A stretch of DNA of 64,000 nucleotides from an uncultured Fibrobacteraceae bacterium (GTDB lineage: Bacteria > Krumholzibacteriota > Krumholzibacteriia > LZORAL124-64-63). Positions 1-10,900 of this stretch are shown piece after piece. The translations under genes were made by a program, and so were the position numbers. The notes below the pieces were generated by a model. That model was given only the letters and a program-made list of their open reading frames with translations, was not told the DNA's origin and made no database searches. Where the stretch lies: assembly GCA_964399195.1 (NCBI GenBank), contig CAYNPY010000001.1:59-64058 (forward strand), given 5' to 3'. Within the stretch, counting starts at the first letter, position 1. Every line of letters starts with the position of its first letter.

Positions 1-864
1 TAACGTGAGCTTGGACTGGTAATCACCGCTGACGGGGATGCAGGTCGGGTGAATCTGCGTGTAGCACGGGTTGGCGAAGCACGCACCGCGCTTGTAAGCG
101 CGCCAAATCGCGGTGGCGTTGCTGCCGATCGCGTTGGTCGAGAGGTGGAAGACGTTGCCGTAGCCACCCGTGGCGAGCACCACGGCATCGGCATTGTGGC
201 GCGTGATTTCACCGGTCAGGAGATTGCGGACGATGATGCCCTTTGCGTGCCCGTCCACCACCACGAGGTCGAGCATTTCCGAGTGCGTGTGGGACTTAAC
301 GCCGCCCGCAGCGATCATCTTGTTCAATGCCGAGTACGCACCGAGCAACAACTGCTGGCCGGTCTGGCCGCGCGCGTAGAAGGTGCGGCTGACCTGCACG
401 CCGCCGAACGAGCGGTTGGCCAGCGTGCCTCCGTATTCGCGCGCGAAGGGCACGCCCATGGCCACCGACTGGTCGATGATCGCGGTGGACAGCTGCGCCA
501 GCCGGTAGACGTTGGCCTCCCGCGAACGGTAGTCGCCGCCCTTGATCGTGTCGTAGAACAGCCGCTGCACGCTGTCCGAGTCGTTCTGGTAGTTCTTGGC
601 GGCGTTGATGCCGCCCTGCGCGGCCACGCTGTGGGCGCGGCGCGGCGTGTCCTGGATGCAGAAGTTGAGCACGTTGTAGCCCAGCTCGCCCAGGGTGGCC
701 GCGGCGCCGCCGCCGGCCAGGCCGGTGCCCACCACGATCACGGTGAACTTGCGGCGATTGCCGCCCGGAGCCACCAGCGGGTTGTCCATCGCGTGGCGGT
801 CCCATTTATCGGCCAGCGGGCCGGAGGGGATCCTGGCGTCCAGGACGCGGTTGCCGGTCCTCAT
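1..864 (-). CDS. sdhA: Succinate dehydrogenase/fumarate reductase flavoprotein subunit, N-terminal 288 aa. The gene runs off the window start, so it is truncated at its 3' end.
   Basis: The reverse-strand translation starts with ATG at 864-862 and reads [24 protein letters not shown]...[26 protein letters not shown]...[14 protein letters not shown]...RGQTGQQLL...[15 protein letters not shown]. It contains the FAD-binding GxGxxG motif and the conserved HSVAAQGGI motif of Bacillus/Bacteroidetes-type SdhA. It is missing from the ORF track only because there is no stop codon inside the window. Confidence 0.85.
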   Translation of the reverse strand, partial: MRTGNRVLDARIPSGPLADKWDRHAMDNPLVAPGGNRRKFTVIVVGTGLAGGGAAATLGELGYNVLNFCIQDTPRRAHSVAAQGGINAAKNYQNDSDSVQRLFYDTIKGGDYRSREANVYRLAQLSTAIIDQSVAMGVPFAREYGGTLANRSFGGVQVSRTFYARGQTGQQLLLGAYSALNKMIAAGGVKSHTHSEMLDLVVVDGHAKGIIVRNLLTGEITRHNADAVVLATGGYGNVFHLSTNAIGSNATAIWRAYKRGACFANPCYTQIHPTCIPVSGDYQSKLTL

Positions 865-865
865 C

Positions 866-1585
866 TCAGTGACCTCCGTGCGAGACGGCGTTCGGGTCGC
901 CGCTGATGAACAGGACCACCGGCAGCAGGATGAACCCGACCGCCAGCAGGATCGCCACGACCAGCGCCGCCCGGGTCAGCAACGGCAGCGTGCGGTCGTT
1001 CGTCCAGCCCAGTGACTGGAACGCGCTCCAGAAGCCGTGCCGAAGGTGAAGCCCCAGCAGGATCATCGCCACCACCGTGAAGGCGACGAAGGACGGGTCC
1101 TTGAACGCCTTCACGACCACCTGGTAGAGGTTCTTCGTGCCGTCCGCGTTCTTGGGGAACGCGTTGCCGGCGTTGAACTTGAACATGAAGATGTGCGCGA
1201 TCACGAAGACGAGGATGACGATGCCCGAGACGATCATCGAGCGCGAGGCCAGCGTCTTGCGGCTGCGGCCGCCGGCGTTGCGCGCGTACTTGTAGCCCTG
1301 CTTGCGCGCGGCCAGCTTGTCGGTGACCGCCACGGTCACCGCCGCCGCGATGTGGAAGGCGGCGATCACGAGCAGGCCGACCTCGAAGGCGTAGATGAGC
1401 CAGCCGTGCACGGCCGTCTCCAGGAAGTGGGCGTAGCCGTTGAAGGCGTCCGGGCCGAGGAACAGGGTGAGGTTGCCGAGCAGATGGACGACGACGAATC
1501 CGACCAGCAGGAAGCCCGTCAGCCCGGTGATCACCTTCTTCCCGACCGATGACCAGAGGGCCGATCCGAGTGAGGACATGAACAC
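866..1585 (-). CDS. sdhC: Succinate dehydrogenase cytochrome b558 subunit (B. subtilis-type SdhC)
   Basis: The 239-aa product has five predicted TM helices and conserved His residues (HLLGN, HGW, FHI, HLRHG). It sits immediately upstream of sdhA with a 1-bp spacing. Confidence 0.8.
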   Translation of the reverse strand: MFMSSLGSALWSSVGKKVITGLTGFLLVGFVVVHLLGNLTLFLGPDAFNGYAHFLETAVHGWLIYAFEVGLLVIAAFHIAAAVTVAVTDKLAARKQGYKYARNAGGRSRKTLASRSMIVSGIVILVFVIAHIFMFKFNAGNAFPKNADGTKNLYQVVVKAFKDPSFVAFTVVAMILLGLHLRHGFWSAFQSLGWTNDRTLPLLTRAALVVAILLAVGFILLPVVLFISGDPNAVSHGGH

Positions 1586-1879
1586 GCACTCCCGGGGCTG
1601 AGGACGGAAGCGACAAGGGTTGTCGGTCCGCGTACTTTAAGTCGATGCCTCGGGCATCTCAACCGCAAATTGGCCGTTGATCGGGGTTCTCAACCGCTTG
1701 TGGCGCCTCGGCTAAGGCCGGGGCGCGCGCGCGCCCGGCCGCGCGCGGGAGGCGGCGCCGCGGGGCGCCCGCGAATCCCGCTTGCCGCGCGGGCGGCCGC
1801 GGCGAATCATTCGGGGCGCCGCCGGGGGACCGGGCCCCGCCAGGCGCGAGAGGGGAGTCTGCCGGTGCGGTTTCGGGGC

Positions 1880-3418
1880 ATGGGGGCGTGGCGCGGCCGC
1901 TGGCCGCTGCTGGCGGTCGCGGCCTACGCCGCGCTGGGCCTGGTCGTGTCGCTGCGGACGGCGCCGCTGGGCGATCTGGGCGTCGAGGCGGACTTCTTCG
2001 CCGAGCTTGCGCCGGCCGCCCAGGAACTGGCGGCCGGACGATTCGCCGTGGCGAACCACCCGTTCAAGGGGCCGCTGCACGCCTTCGTTCTGGTGCCCGT
2101 CCACGCCGCGCTGGCGCCGCTGGGCGTGGGCTGGTACCGGGCGGCGGTCCTGGTCAGCCTGCTGGCCGCCGCGGGCACGCTCCTTCTGCTGCACCGGCTC
2201 GCGCGTGATCTGGCCGGCCCGCGCGCGGCGGCGGTGGCCCTGGCGGTGGCGGCCGCGCTCAAGGTCTTCTTCATCCACGCCCACAAGGCGGCCTCGGACC
2301 CGCTCTTCGTGCTGCTGGTGACGGCCGCGGCCACGATCCTGCTGACGGGCCGGCCGGGGCCGCGCGCCTGGCTGGGCTGCGGCGCCGCTGCGGGCCTGGC
2401 CTGGCTGGCGCGCGACAGCGGCGTGGTGGTCGCCGCCTGGGCGCTCGTCGTGCTGCTGGCGGTCGATCCCTGGCGCCAGTCCTGGCGGCGCCGGTCGTCG
2501 GCAGCGGCCTGCGTCGCGGGGGGCTTCCTGGCGGCGGCCTCGCCGTGGCTCGTCGCCACGCGCGCGCAGACCGGCGGCTGGCTCGCCTCGCGCAACCTGC
2601 AGAACATCGTCGAGGAGTTCTACGGCGGGGAAACGGCGGCCCGGATCCCCGAGGGCGGCTTCGTCTCCCTCGGCCAGTTGGTGGCGCACGACCCGGGCCA
2701 CTTCGTGACGCATTTCCTGGGCAACCTGCCGCGCCACTTCGTCGCCGACCTCAACCAGGTGACCGGACTGACGTTCGGCGCGCTGGCGCTGGCGCTGCTG
2801 GCGCTGCTGGCGTGGCGACGCCCGGACCGCCGCCAGTGGTCGTACCTGCTCCTGGGCGCGCTCATGTTCACGGCGCTCTGCGCCGTCTTCTACCGGCCGC
2901 GCTTCTCGCTGCCGCTGGTGCCGGTGTGGGCGTTCGCGGTGGCGCTGGCCGTCGAGCGGCTGCCCCGCTGGCGCGGCGCCGTGGCCGCCGTGGTCGTGGC
3001 GGCGGCGGTCACGCTGCACGCCGGCCATGCGGCGCGCGCGGTGCGCTTCTACGCCGCCCAGCAGCCCCGGCACCTGGAGGCGGCGATCGCGGCGGCCCCG
3101 CGCTGGGCGGCGGGCGCGGTCGACGACGACGGGCGCCCGGCCGCGCTCATGGCCCGCAAGGCGCACCTGGCCCACTACGCGGGACTGCGCTTCGTGCCGT
3201 ACCCGCTGATGGCGCGCGACCAGCAGGATCTGGTCGACCGCGCGCGGGCGCGCGGGGCGACGTTCCTGGCCGTCAGCCGCATCGAACGCGAGTACCTGCC
3301 CGAGCCCACGATGCTGGACCGGCTCGACGAGCTGCCCGGGGTCTCGGTGGCATGGCGGGATGCGCAGACGCTGGTCTATCGCGTGCGCGAGGCGCGCCGG
3401 GCCGGCGGCGGCTCCTGA
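1880..3418 (+). CDS. Polytopic membrane protein, putative GT-C fold glycosyltransferase (ArnT/PMT-like)
   Basis: The track ORF begins at 1670, but the hydrophobic protein starts at ATG 1880 (MGAWRGRWPLLAVAAYAALG). It has many TM helices in the N-terminal two thirds and a soluble C-terminal domain. The family assignment rests on architecture only. Confidence 0.55.
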   Translation: MGAWRGRWPLLAVAAYAALGLVVSLRTAPLGDLGVEADFFAELAPAAQELAAGRFAVANHPFKGPLHAFVLVPVHAALAPLGVGWYRAAVLVSLLAAAGTLLLLHRLARDLAGPRAAAVALAVAAALKVFFIHAHKAASDPLFVLLVTAAATILLTGRPGPRAWLGCGAAAGLAWLARDSGVVVAAWALVVLLAVDPWRQSWRRRSSAAACVAGGFLAAASPWLVATRAQTGGWLASRNLQNIVEEFYGGETAARIPEGGFVSLGQLVAHDPGHFVTHFLGNLPRHFVADLNQVTGLTFGALALALLALLAWRRPDRRQWSYLLLGALMFTALCAVFYRPRFSLPLVPVWAFAVALAVERLPRWRGAVAAVVVAAAVTLHAGHAARAVRFYAAQQPRHLEAAIAAAPRWAAGAVDDDGRPAALMARKAHLAHYAGLRFVPYPLMARDQQDLVDRARARGATFLAVSRIEREYLPEPTMLDRLDELPGVSVAWRDAQTLVYRVREARRAGGGS

Positions 3419-4548
3419 AGCGCGAGCAAGGCCAGGCCGTGCATCAGGTCGACGCCGGCCGGCAGCAGCGCGTCGTTGAAGTCGTAGCGTTCGGCGTGCA
3501 GGCCGGGGTGCCGGCGGCCGGCGCCCAGCCCGAACATGGCGCCGCGGCCCAGCCGCGCCAGCGCGCCGAAGTCCTCCGACCAGCGGAACGCGCTCTCGCG
3601 CGGGCGCGCCGCGCGCAGGCCGGCCTGCCGCGCCGCGCGCCGCACCAGCTCCGTCGCCGCCGGGTCGTTGCGGACGACCGGGAAGACCTCCTCCCACGAC
3701 AGCTCGCAGGCCAGACCGTGCCGCCTTGCCGCAGCCCGCGACGCGGCCGCCGCGCGCCGTCGCAACGCCGCCAGCGCGCGGTCGTCGTCCGCGCGCAGCG
3801 TCGCCAGCAGCTCGGCCCGGGCCGGAGCGACGCCGAAGGCCGGCTCGCCCAGCCGCGCGTGCGTGACCGTGACCAGTTCCAGCGGGCCGCCGCCGCCGGT
3901 CGGCAGCGTCACCAGCGCGGTGATGAGTTCGGACAGCGCCCGGTCCGGCGAGCGGCCGCGCTCCGGCTCGGCCGCGTGCGCCGACCGGCCGCGCAGGCGC
4001 ACGCGCAGGCCGGCGCTGCCGGCGGCGAACGCGCCCGGGCGGGTCAGCACGCTCCCCTCGGCGTAGCCGGGCAGGTTGTGCAGGGCGAACAACCAGTCCG
4101 GGCGCAGCGCGCGCAGGCGCGGGTCGGCCGCCACGGCGGCGGCGCCGGCGCCGGTCTCCTCGCTGGGCTGGAACAGGAGCACCAGGCGGCCGCGCGGGGG
4201 CGGGGCCTTCGCCAGTCGGCCGGCCACGCCCAGCAGGATCGCCATGTGGCCGTCGTGCCCGCACTTGTGGGCCACGCCGGGGCGGCGCGAGGCGTGGGCG
4301 AGCGGGATCGTCTCGGGTACCGCCACCGCGTCCAGCTCCGCGCGCAGCAGCACCACCGGGCCGGCCGCGCCGGCGGGCGCGTCCCAGACCGCGGCCGCGC
4401 CGTGGCCGCCGAGGCCCTCGATCACCAGCGCCGGCCGGCAGGCGCGCAGACGCGCCGCGACGAACGCCGCCGTGCGCGCCACCGGGCCCGTCGGCTCGGC
4501 CAGCGCGGCCAGGCGCCGGCGCAGCGCGCGCAGCCCCCGCTCAGCCAT
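3376..4548 (-). CDS. M20D family amidohydrolase (N-acyl-amino acid amidohydrolase / hippurate hydrolase-like)
   Basis: It carries the HKCGHDGH metal-binding motif, which is typical of M20D peptidases, and an FQPSEE motif. The start was chosen at MAERGLRAL, which overlaps the stop of the upstream RND gene by 8 bp. It is therefore probably co-transcribed with the efflux operon. Confidence 0.75.
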   Translation of the reverse strand: MAERGLRALRRRLAALAEPTGPVARTAAFVAARLRACRPALVIEGLGGHGAAAVWDAPAGAAGPVVLLRAELDAVAVPETIPLAHASRRPGVAHKCGHDGHMAILLGVAGRLAKAPPPRGRLVLLFQPSEETGAGAAAVAADPRLRALRPDWLFALHNLPGYAEGSVLTRPGAFAAGSAGLRVRLRGRSAHAAEPERGRSPDRALSELITALVTLPTGGGGPLELVTVTHARLGEPAFGVAPARAELLATLRADDDRALAALRRRAAAASRAAARRHGLACELSWEEVFPVVRNDPAATELVRRAARQAGLRAARPRESAFRWSEDFGALARLGRGAMFGLGAGRRHPGLHAERYDFNDALLPAGVDLMHGLALLALQEPPPARRASRTR

Positions 4549-7500
4549 CGCCGGCCGCCGGCAGGGCGTCACCCGCGCGGGCCGCGGTCCCGCGCCGCCG
4601 CGCGGACCAGCGGCGCCGCGCGCGGGCCAGGCCCCAGCCCCAGCGCGTGAAGGTCCAATAGAGGGCCGGCACCACGCCCAGGATCAGCACGGTGCTCGAG
4701 CCGAGGCCGCCGATCGAGGACAAGGCCAGGTTCTCCCAGATGTCGCGGCCGCCGCCGGTGTCGTGCTTGTAGAGCAGGGGCAGCAGGCCGGCGATGGTGG
4801 TGCCGCTGGTCAGCAGGATCGAGCGCAGCTGGATGCGGACGCCGTCGCAGATCGCCCGCCGCAGAAGGTCCTGCCCGACCGGCGCGGGCAATCGCCACAG
4901 GTCGAACCCGCCCGTGCGCCGGCCGGCCGGGAACAGGCCGCCCGCGCCGCCGCCGTCGGCTGCCGAGCCGGCCGCGAGTTCGCGCACCTGCAGCCGGAAG
5001 CGCTCGACCAGCAGGATCGCGTTGTTGACCACGACGCCGAACATCAGGACCAGCCCGATCCGCGCCGACGAGTCGAACTCGGCGCCCGTGGCCCAGAAGA
5101 TGCCCGCGACCCCGACCAGGGACAACGGGACCGCCAGCATCACCAGCAGCGGCAGCAGCAGGCTCTCGAACATCGCGGCCAGCACCATGAACACGAAGGC
5201 GACGGTCAGCCACAGCGTGCTCCGCAGTTCCGCTTCCTCTTCCTGCGTTACCTGCTGCCCGCTCATGTCCTCGGCCGTGTAGCCGTAGGGCAGCGTGATG
5301 CCGGCGATGATCTCCTCGATGAACTGCCGCCGCATGCGGTCGGTGCCGATGTACTCCCAGTTGAGCAGCTGGCTGTAGCGCTGGTCGTGCCGCTCGATGG
5401 AGCCGATCTCCGGCCGCTGTTCCAGCGAGGCGATGCGACCGAGCTGCACCTTCTGCCCGCGGCTGGTGGTCAGCGTGCGCCCGAGCACCTGATCGTACTG
5501 GATCTGGTCGGCGTCGGCGTAGGTCAGCATCAGCCGCTGGTCCTCGCCGTCGACCACCATGTGCCACGGCGTCTCCACGCCCAGCAGGCGGCGGATGTGG
5601 CCCATCACCTCGGCCATGCTCAGGCGGTGCGCGGCCAGCGCCTGCCGGTCGAGGACCACGACGGTCTCGTCGGTGTCCGAGCGGGTGAACTGGTCGCCGC
5701 TGGTCAGGCGCGCGTTCCGCACGCGCCGGTTGCGGTCCAGGCGGGCCAGCACGCCGTCGCTGATCGCCTTGAGCTCCTTGCTGTTGTAGCCGGTCAGCCG
5801 CACGGTCGAGTTCGCCATGCCGCCGCCGCGCCCGCCCTTCATGTACGGGTCGCCGAAGCCGTTGATCCAGATGAACATGCCGCCCAGTTCCTCGGCCAGC
5901 ACGATCACGCGGTTGCGGAACAGCTCGGGCCAGGCGGTGGCCAGCAGCTCGTCGTCGAACTCGATGAACATCCAGGCGCGGTTGCCGGCGGCGCCGCTGC
6001 GCAGGTGGACGCCGTCGGGGACCGGCAGCACCTCCTGCTCGAACAGGCGGATCGTCTCGCTCGACAGCTTCACGTCGGTGCCGGTGGGCTGCTCCAGGAA
6101 GACGATGATCTGCTCCCTGGCGGCCGGCTGCCAGAACCCGCCGGTGCGCACCTTCTCCTTGAAGACCCAGACCGTGCCGGCGCCCAGGGCCACCGTCAGC
6201 GCCAGAGGCACGTACCAGATCCGCAGGCTCACCCGGGTCAGCGCGCCGGCCCAGGCCACGAAGGCGCCGACGGCCACGAGCAGCGCGGCGCCGCCGCCGG
6301 CCCAGGGCAGGGCGCGCCGCAGCGTGCCCGGGTCCTTCCAGAAGTGGATGACCGCGAGCGCGGCCGCGGCCAGCAGCGCCGTCCCCAGCGTCCACCGCCA
6401 GAACAGGGACCGGCCCGTCAGGCCGAACTCGTCGCCGCCGGCCCGCGAGCGGCGCAGTTCGCGCTCGGCCGGCCCGCGCAGGCTGACGGGGATCCAGGCG
6501 AAGGCGACCAGGATCGAGGCCAGCATCGCGATGCCGACGCTGACGGCCAGCGGAACATAGAAGAGCGACAGGCGATCGGTCAGGAAGATGAACGACAGGA
6601 AGGCCACGACCGTGGTGAGGGTCGTGGCCAGGATGGGGAAGGCGACCTCGCGCGTGCCCTCGAGGAGCGCCTGACGGCTGCTGGTGTCGCGCCCGCCGGA
6701 CAGGCGCCGGTGGATGGCGTCGAGCGCCAGGATGCTGTTGTCCAGCAGCATCCCGAAGCACACGGTCAGGCCGCTGATCGTGATGAAGTTGACCGTGACG
6801 CCGAAGAAGTAGAACAGCGACAGGCAGATCACGATCGCCAGGAGGATCGAGGCGATGACGATCGCCACCAGGCGCAGCCGCCGCAGCGCCAGCGCCAGCA
6901 GCGCGAAGAGCAGGCCCAGGATGACCAGCGAGCGCGTCACCAGCTCGCGCAGCTTCTCCTCGAGGTCGGCGCCCTCGTCCTGGTCCACCTCGAACTCGAC
7001 GGGGAACGGGGACTCGGCGCCGACCTTCGGCAGTTCGGCCCGCAGGCGGCGGCTGATCGAGATGGAGTTCTGGCCGCTGCGCTTGGTGACCAGCAGCGTG
7101 ACGACGTTGCTGCCGTCGATGCGGCTGTAGTAGGCGATGTCCTCGAAGGAAGGCTCCACCTCGGCCACGTGGCGCAGCGTCACCGGCTGCCCGCCGCGCA
7201 CGGCCAGCACGGTCGCTCCCAGCGTGCGCGCGCTGGCGGTGTCGCGCACGCTGACCGCCAGCTCGCGGCCGTGGCGCCGGACCGATCCGGCGGGCAGCAG
7301 GTCGTCGCGGGCGTCGAGCCTGGCCGCCACGGCGTCGGCCGTCAGTTGGTAGCGCTCCAGCTTCTCGAGGTCGAGGCGGATCTTCAGCAGGGGGCGGGCG
7401 CCGCCGCGCAGTTCGGCGTCGGCCACGCCCTCGATCGACAGGAAGCGCGGCACGATCCAGTCCTCGGCCCGGTCGCGCAGCTCGTTGATGTCCAGCGGCG

Positions 7501-7936
7501 AGATCAGGCTGACCGAGAAGAACTCCTCAGTCCGCACCTCCTGCGGCACATAGGGACGGATGAACGGCTGGCCCGCCTGCGGCGGCAGCGCGCGCCGCAC
7601 GGCGCCCAGGCGCTCGGAGAGCTCCAGGCGCGCGAATTCCATGTCCGTGCCGCGCTTGTACTTCACGGTGACCGTGCTCTGGTCGTGGCGCGACGTGGAC
7701 TCGACGTCCTCGACGCCGTGGCAGCCGGCCACCGCCTCCTCGATCGGCAGCGTCACCGCGCGCTGGATGGCGCTGGGCGAGGCGCCGTTCCAGCCGGTCA
7801 CGATCGACAGTTCGGGCAGTTCCGTCTCGGGCATCGCCTCGATATCGAGGTGCGGCACCGCGTACAGCCCGGTGACCAGCAGGGCGCCGAAGAGCATCGC
7901 CGTCGAGACGGGGTGGTCCACCGCGAAGCGGATCAT
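4541..7936 (-). CDS. RND efflux transporter permease (HAE1-like), 1131 aa, with extra transmembrane insert
   Basis: It shows the AcrB/MdtC family architecture: TM1 plus a large periplasmic loop, repeated twice. It has an insert of about 110 aa with three additional hydrophobic segments between TM6 and the second periplasmic loop, and a C-terminal tail of about 40 aa. Confidence 0.85.
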   Translation of the reverse strand: MIRFAVDHPVSTAMLFGALLVTGLYAVPHLDIEAMPETELPELSIVTGWNGASPSAIQRAVTLPIEEAVAGCHGVEDVESTSRHDQSTVTVKYKRGTDMEFARLELSERLGAVRRALPPQAGQPFIRPYVPQEVRTEEFFSVSLISPLDINELRDRAEDWIVPRFLSIEGVADAELRGGARPLLKIRLDLEKLERYQLTADAVAARLDARDDLLPAGSVRRHGRELAVSVRDTASARTLGATVLAVRGGQPVTLRHVAEVEPSFEDIAYYSRIDGSNVVTLLVTKRSGQNSISISRRLRAELPKVGAESPFPVEFEVDQDEGADLEEKLRELVTRSLVILGLLFALLALALRRLRLVAIVIASILLAIVICLSLFYFFGVTVNFITISGLTVCFGMLLDNSILALDAIHRRLSGGRDTSSRQALLEGTREVAFPILATTLTTVVAFLSFIFLTDRLSLFYVPLAVSVGIAMLASILVAFAWIPVSLRGPAERELRRSRAGGDEFGLTGRSLFWRWTLGTALLAAAALAVIHFWKDPGTLRRALPWAGGGAALLVAVGAFVAWAGALTRVSLRIWYVPLALTVALGAGTVWVFKEKVRTGGFWQPAAREQIIVFLEQPTGTDVKLSSETIRLFEQEVLPVPDGVHLRSGAAGNRAWMFIEFDDELLATAWPELFRNRVIVLAEELGGMFIWINGFGDPYMKGGRGGGMANSTVRLTGYNSKELKAISDGVLARLDRNRRVRNARLTSGDQFTRSDTDETVVVLDRQALAAHRLSMAEVMGHIRRLLGVETPWHMVVDGEDQRLMLTYADADQIQYDQVLGRTLTTSRGQKVQLGRIASLEQRPEIGSIERHDQRYSQLLNWEYIGTDRMRRQFIEEIIAGITLPYGYTAEDMSGQQVTQEEEAELRSTLWLTVAFVFMVLAAMFESLLLPLLVMLAVPLSLVGVAGIFWATGAEFDSSARIGLVLMFGVVVNNAILLVERFRLQVRELAAGSAADGGGAGGLFPAGRRTGGFDLWRLPAPVGQDLLRRAICDGVRIQLRSILLTSGTTIAGLLPLLYKHDTGGGRDIWENLALSSIGGLGSSTVLILGVVPALYWTFTRWGWGLARARRRWSARRRGTAARAGDALPAAGDG

Positions 7937-7949
7937 GGCGCCCGCCCCC

Positions 7950-10900
7950 TCAGTCCCAGCGCCGGTCGGTGCGGCGGTGGGCCAGCTCGTACAGGGCCGG
8001 CGTCATGAACAGGGTCAGCACCGTGGACAGGCCCAGGCCGCCGATGATCGTGATGGCCAGGGGCCGCTGCATCTGGTCGCCGGTGCCCAGGCCCAGCGCC
8101 ATCGGCAGCAGGCCGACGATGGTGGTCACGGTGGTCATCAGGATCGGCCGCAGGCGCCGGCGGCTGGCCTCCAGCAGCGCCGCCCGGCCGCCGTAGCCCT
8201 CGGCGCGCAGGTCGCGCACGGTGGCCACCTTGACGATGGCGTCGTTGACGTCCACGCCGAGCAGGGCGATCAGGCCGATCAGCGACATGATGTTCAGCGA
8301 CTGGCCGGTGATCGCCAGCGCCGCCAGCGCGGACGCGATGCCCACCGGCAGCACGGCCGTGACGATGAACGGGTCCAGGAAGCTCTCGAACTGCGCGGCC
8401 AGGATCATGTACACCAGCACGCAGGAGAGCAGCAGCGCCCAGCCCAGCGAGCGGAAGCTGGCGTTGATCTCCTCCTGCTCGCCGCCCGCCACGAAGGAGA
8501 CGCCGTCCGGCGTATCCAGCCCCGCCAGCAGCGGCCTGACCTCTGCCCAGGCCTCCGCCACCGAGCGCCCCTCGACGTCGCCGCTGATCGTCACCTGGCG
8601 CCGCTGGTCGCGGCGGACGATCTCGCGCACCGGGATGCCCTCGCTGGCGCCGACGAACGACGCCAGCGGGACCGTCTTGCCGTCGGGCAGGCGCACCGGC
8701 GAGCCCAGCACGAGGTCCAGGTCGTGGCGCTGCTGGCGCGGCAGGCGCACGGCGATGTCGATGCGCTGCTCGATCTCGTTGTAGGTCGTCGCCACCGTGC
8801 CCTGCACGCGGTCGCGCAGCTCGCGGGCCAGGGCGTCGGGCTCCAGGCCGTGCCGCAGCGCCCTCTCGCGGTCGACCGCGATCTCGACCGTCGGGTTGCC
8901 CAGCACGCGCTCGACGTCGACGCTGCCCAGTCCGGGCACGCGGCGCAATCGCGGCAGCAGCGAGCCGGCCACGGCCACGGCCTCGGCCGGATCGTCGGCC
9001 ACGACGCCCAGCGTGAAGGCCGCCTCGCCGCTGGCCATCACCTCGCGCAGGCCCACGCCCTCCTCGGCGAAGGCCCAGGTCGTGCCGGCCAGGGCGTCCA
9101 GGCGCGGCTGCAGGCGCTCGCGCACGGCCTCCAGGTCCCGCCTGCCGTGCCGGGTGGGCACCAGCATGACGCGCAGGCGCGCCGTGTTGGCCGCGCTGTA
9201 CTCCTTGAGGCTGGCCAGCGTGCGCTCGGTGACGCCCACCTGCGTGTACACCGAAGCCACCTCCGGCTGGCGCGCCAGGAACGCCGCCAGATCCGCCGCC
9301 GTGCTCTCGGTCAGTTCCAGCGGCGTGCCGGCCGGCAGTTCCACCGCCAGCGTGAAGTCGCCGCGGGAGCGCTCGGGCATGAACGTGCGCGGCAGCCCCA
9401 GGCCCAGCCAGGCCGCGGCGGCGACGCCGGCGGCCAGGCACGCCAGGAACGGCGCCTTGCGCGCCAGCACCCGCTCCAGCGCCGCGTGGTAGCGCTCGGA
9501 CATCGCCTCGTACAGGCGGTCGAACGGGCGCAGCAGCCGCGGCGGCCGGTCCGGCGGCGTCGAGAGCAGACGGGCCGAGAGCATCGGCTGCAGCAGCACC
9601 GCCGTTAGGATCGAGACCAGCAGCGCGATGGTCACCGTCAGCGCCTGGTCCCGGAAGAAGGCCCCCGCGATGCCGGGCACGTAGATCACCGGGAAGAACA
9701 CGGCCACCGTGGTCAGCGTGGCCGCCACCACCGGCATGGCCACCTCGCGCGTGCCGGCCGCGCACTCGTCCGGGATCGAGGCGCCCGTGCGCAGCCCCAG
9801 CCGCCGGTTGATGTTGTCGAGCACGACGATGGAGTTGTCCACGAGCATGCCGGCGGCCAGCGACAGGCCGCCGAGGCTCATCAGGTTCAACCCGACCTTG
9901 GCGAAGTAGAGGAAGGCGAACGTGGCCAGCACCGACACCGGAATCGCCAGCCCGACGACCACCGGGCTGCGCCAGTCCTTCAGGAACAGGTAGAGCACGA
10001 CGAACGCCAGCAGCGAGCCGTAGACCAGCGAGCTCTGCAGCCCCTCGAAGCTCTCCTGCACGAAGTCGGCGTCGCGGTAGATGAAAGCGTGCCGGAACGC
10101 CGGGTACTGCGTGGAGAGGACCGCGAGCACGCGGTCGATCTCCTCGGTGGTGCGGATCGTGTTCTCGCCGATCTCCTTGTAGAGGTGCAGCGAGACCACC
10201 TCGCCGCCGTCGTGCAGCGTGAAGCCCTCCGGCTCCTTGATCGTGTCGCTGACCTGGGCCACGTCGCCGATGGTGATGCCGGCGCCGGCGGCGGGGATCT
10301 CCGTGCGGCGGATCTCGTCGAGGTTCTCGAACTCGCCCAGGATGCGCAGGGGCAGGTGCAGCGGGCCCTTGCGGATGCGCCCGCCCGGGAAGCTGATGTT
10401 CGCCACGCGCAGCGCGTCAGCCAGGTCGCCCATGTCCAGGCCGTACAGGCGCAGCTTCGCGAAGTCGGGGCTGACCAGGATCTCGCGCTCGGCGCCGCCG
10501 ACCAGTTCGGCCTGGCTGACGCCCTGGATCTGCTCGAGCGCCGGCTTGACCACCTCGCGCGCGAACTCGGTCATGCGCGCCAGCGGCTCGTCACCGCGCA
10601 GGACCATGATGGCGATGGGCCGCGCCGACGGGTCCCAGCGCAGGATCAGCGGCCGGTCGGCGCCGGCCGGGAAGTCGTCGCGGAACGAGACGCGGTCGAT
10701 CGCCTCCCGCAGGTGCAGGTTGGCGAAGTCCATCCCCGTGCCCCAGTCGTATTGCACGGTGATCGTGGAGACGCCTTCGCGCGTCCGCGAAACGACGCGG
10801 CGCACGCCGGCCAGGCCGGTGATCACTTCCTCGAGCGGCTGGGTGACCAGCCGTTCGAGGTCCTCGGCCGGCGCGTCGGCCCAGTTGGTGATGACCGTCA

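Noticed and set aside
49-906. 285-aa plus-strand ORF at the window start
   Set aside because: It is antisense to the clearly recognisable sdhA N-terminus, with its FAD-binding motifs.
1712-4264. 850-aa minus-strand ORF spanning the glycosyltransferase and M20 genes
   Set aside because: It is extremely Arg/Gly/Pro/Ala-rich with low complexity. It is antisense to two well-supported genes. This is typical of stop-codon-poor spurious ORFs in DNA of about 70% GC.
4076-8008. 1310-aa plus-strand ORF, and similar ones at 7560..9608, 7933..9765 and 10089..11333
   Set aside because: They are antisense or off-frame relative to the RND permease genes, which have unmistakable transporter signatures. They show no domain-like patterns.
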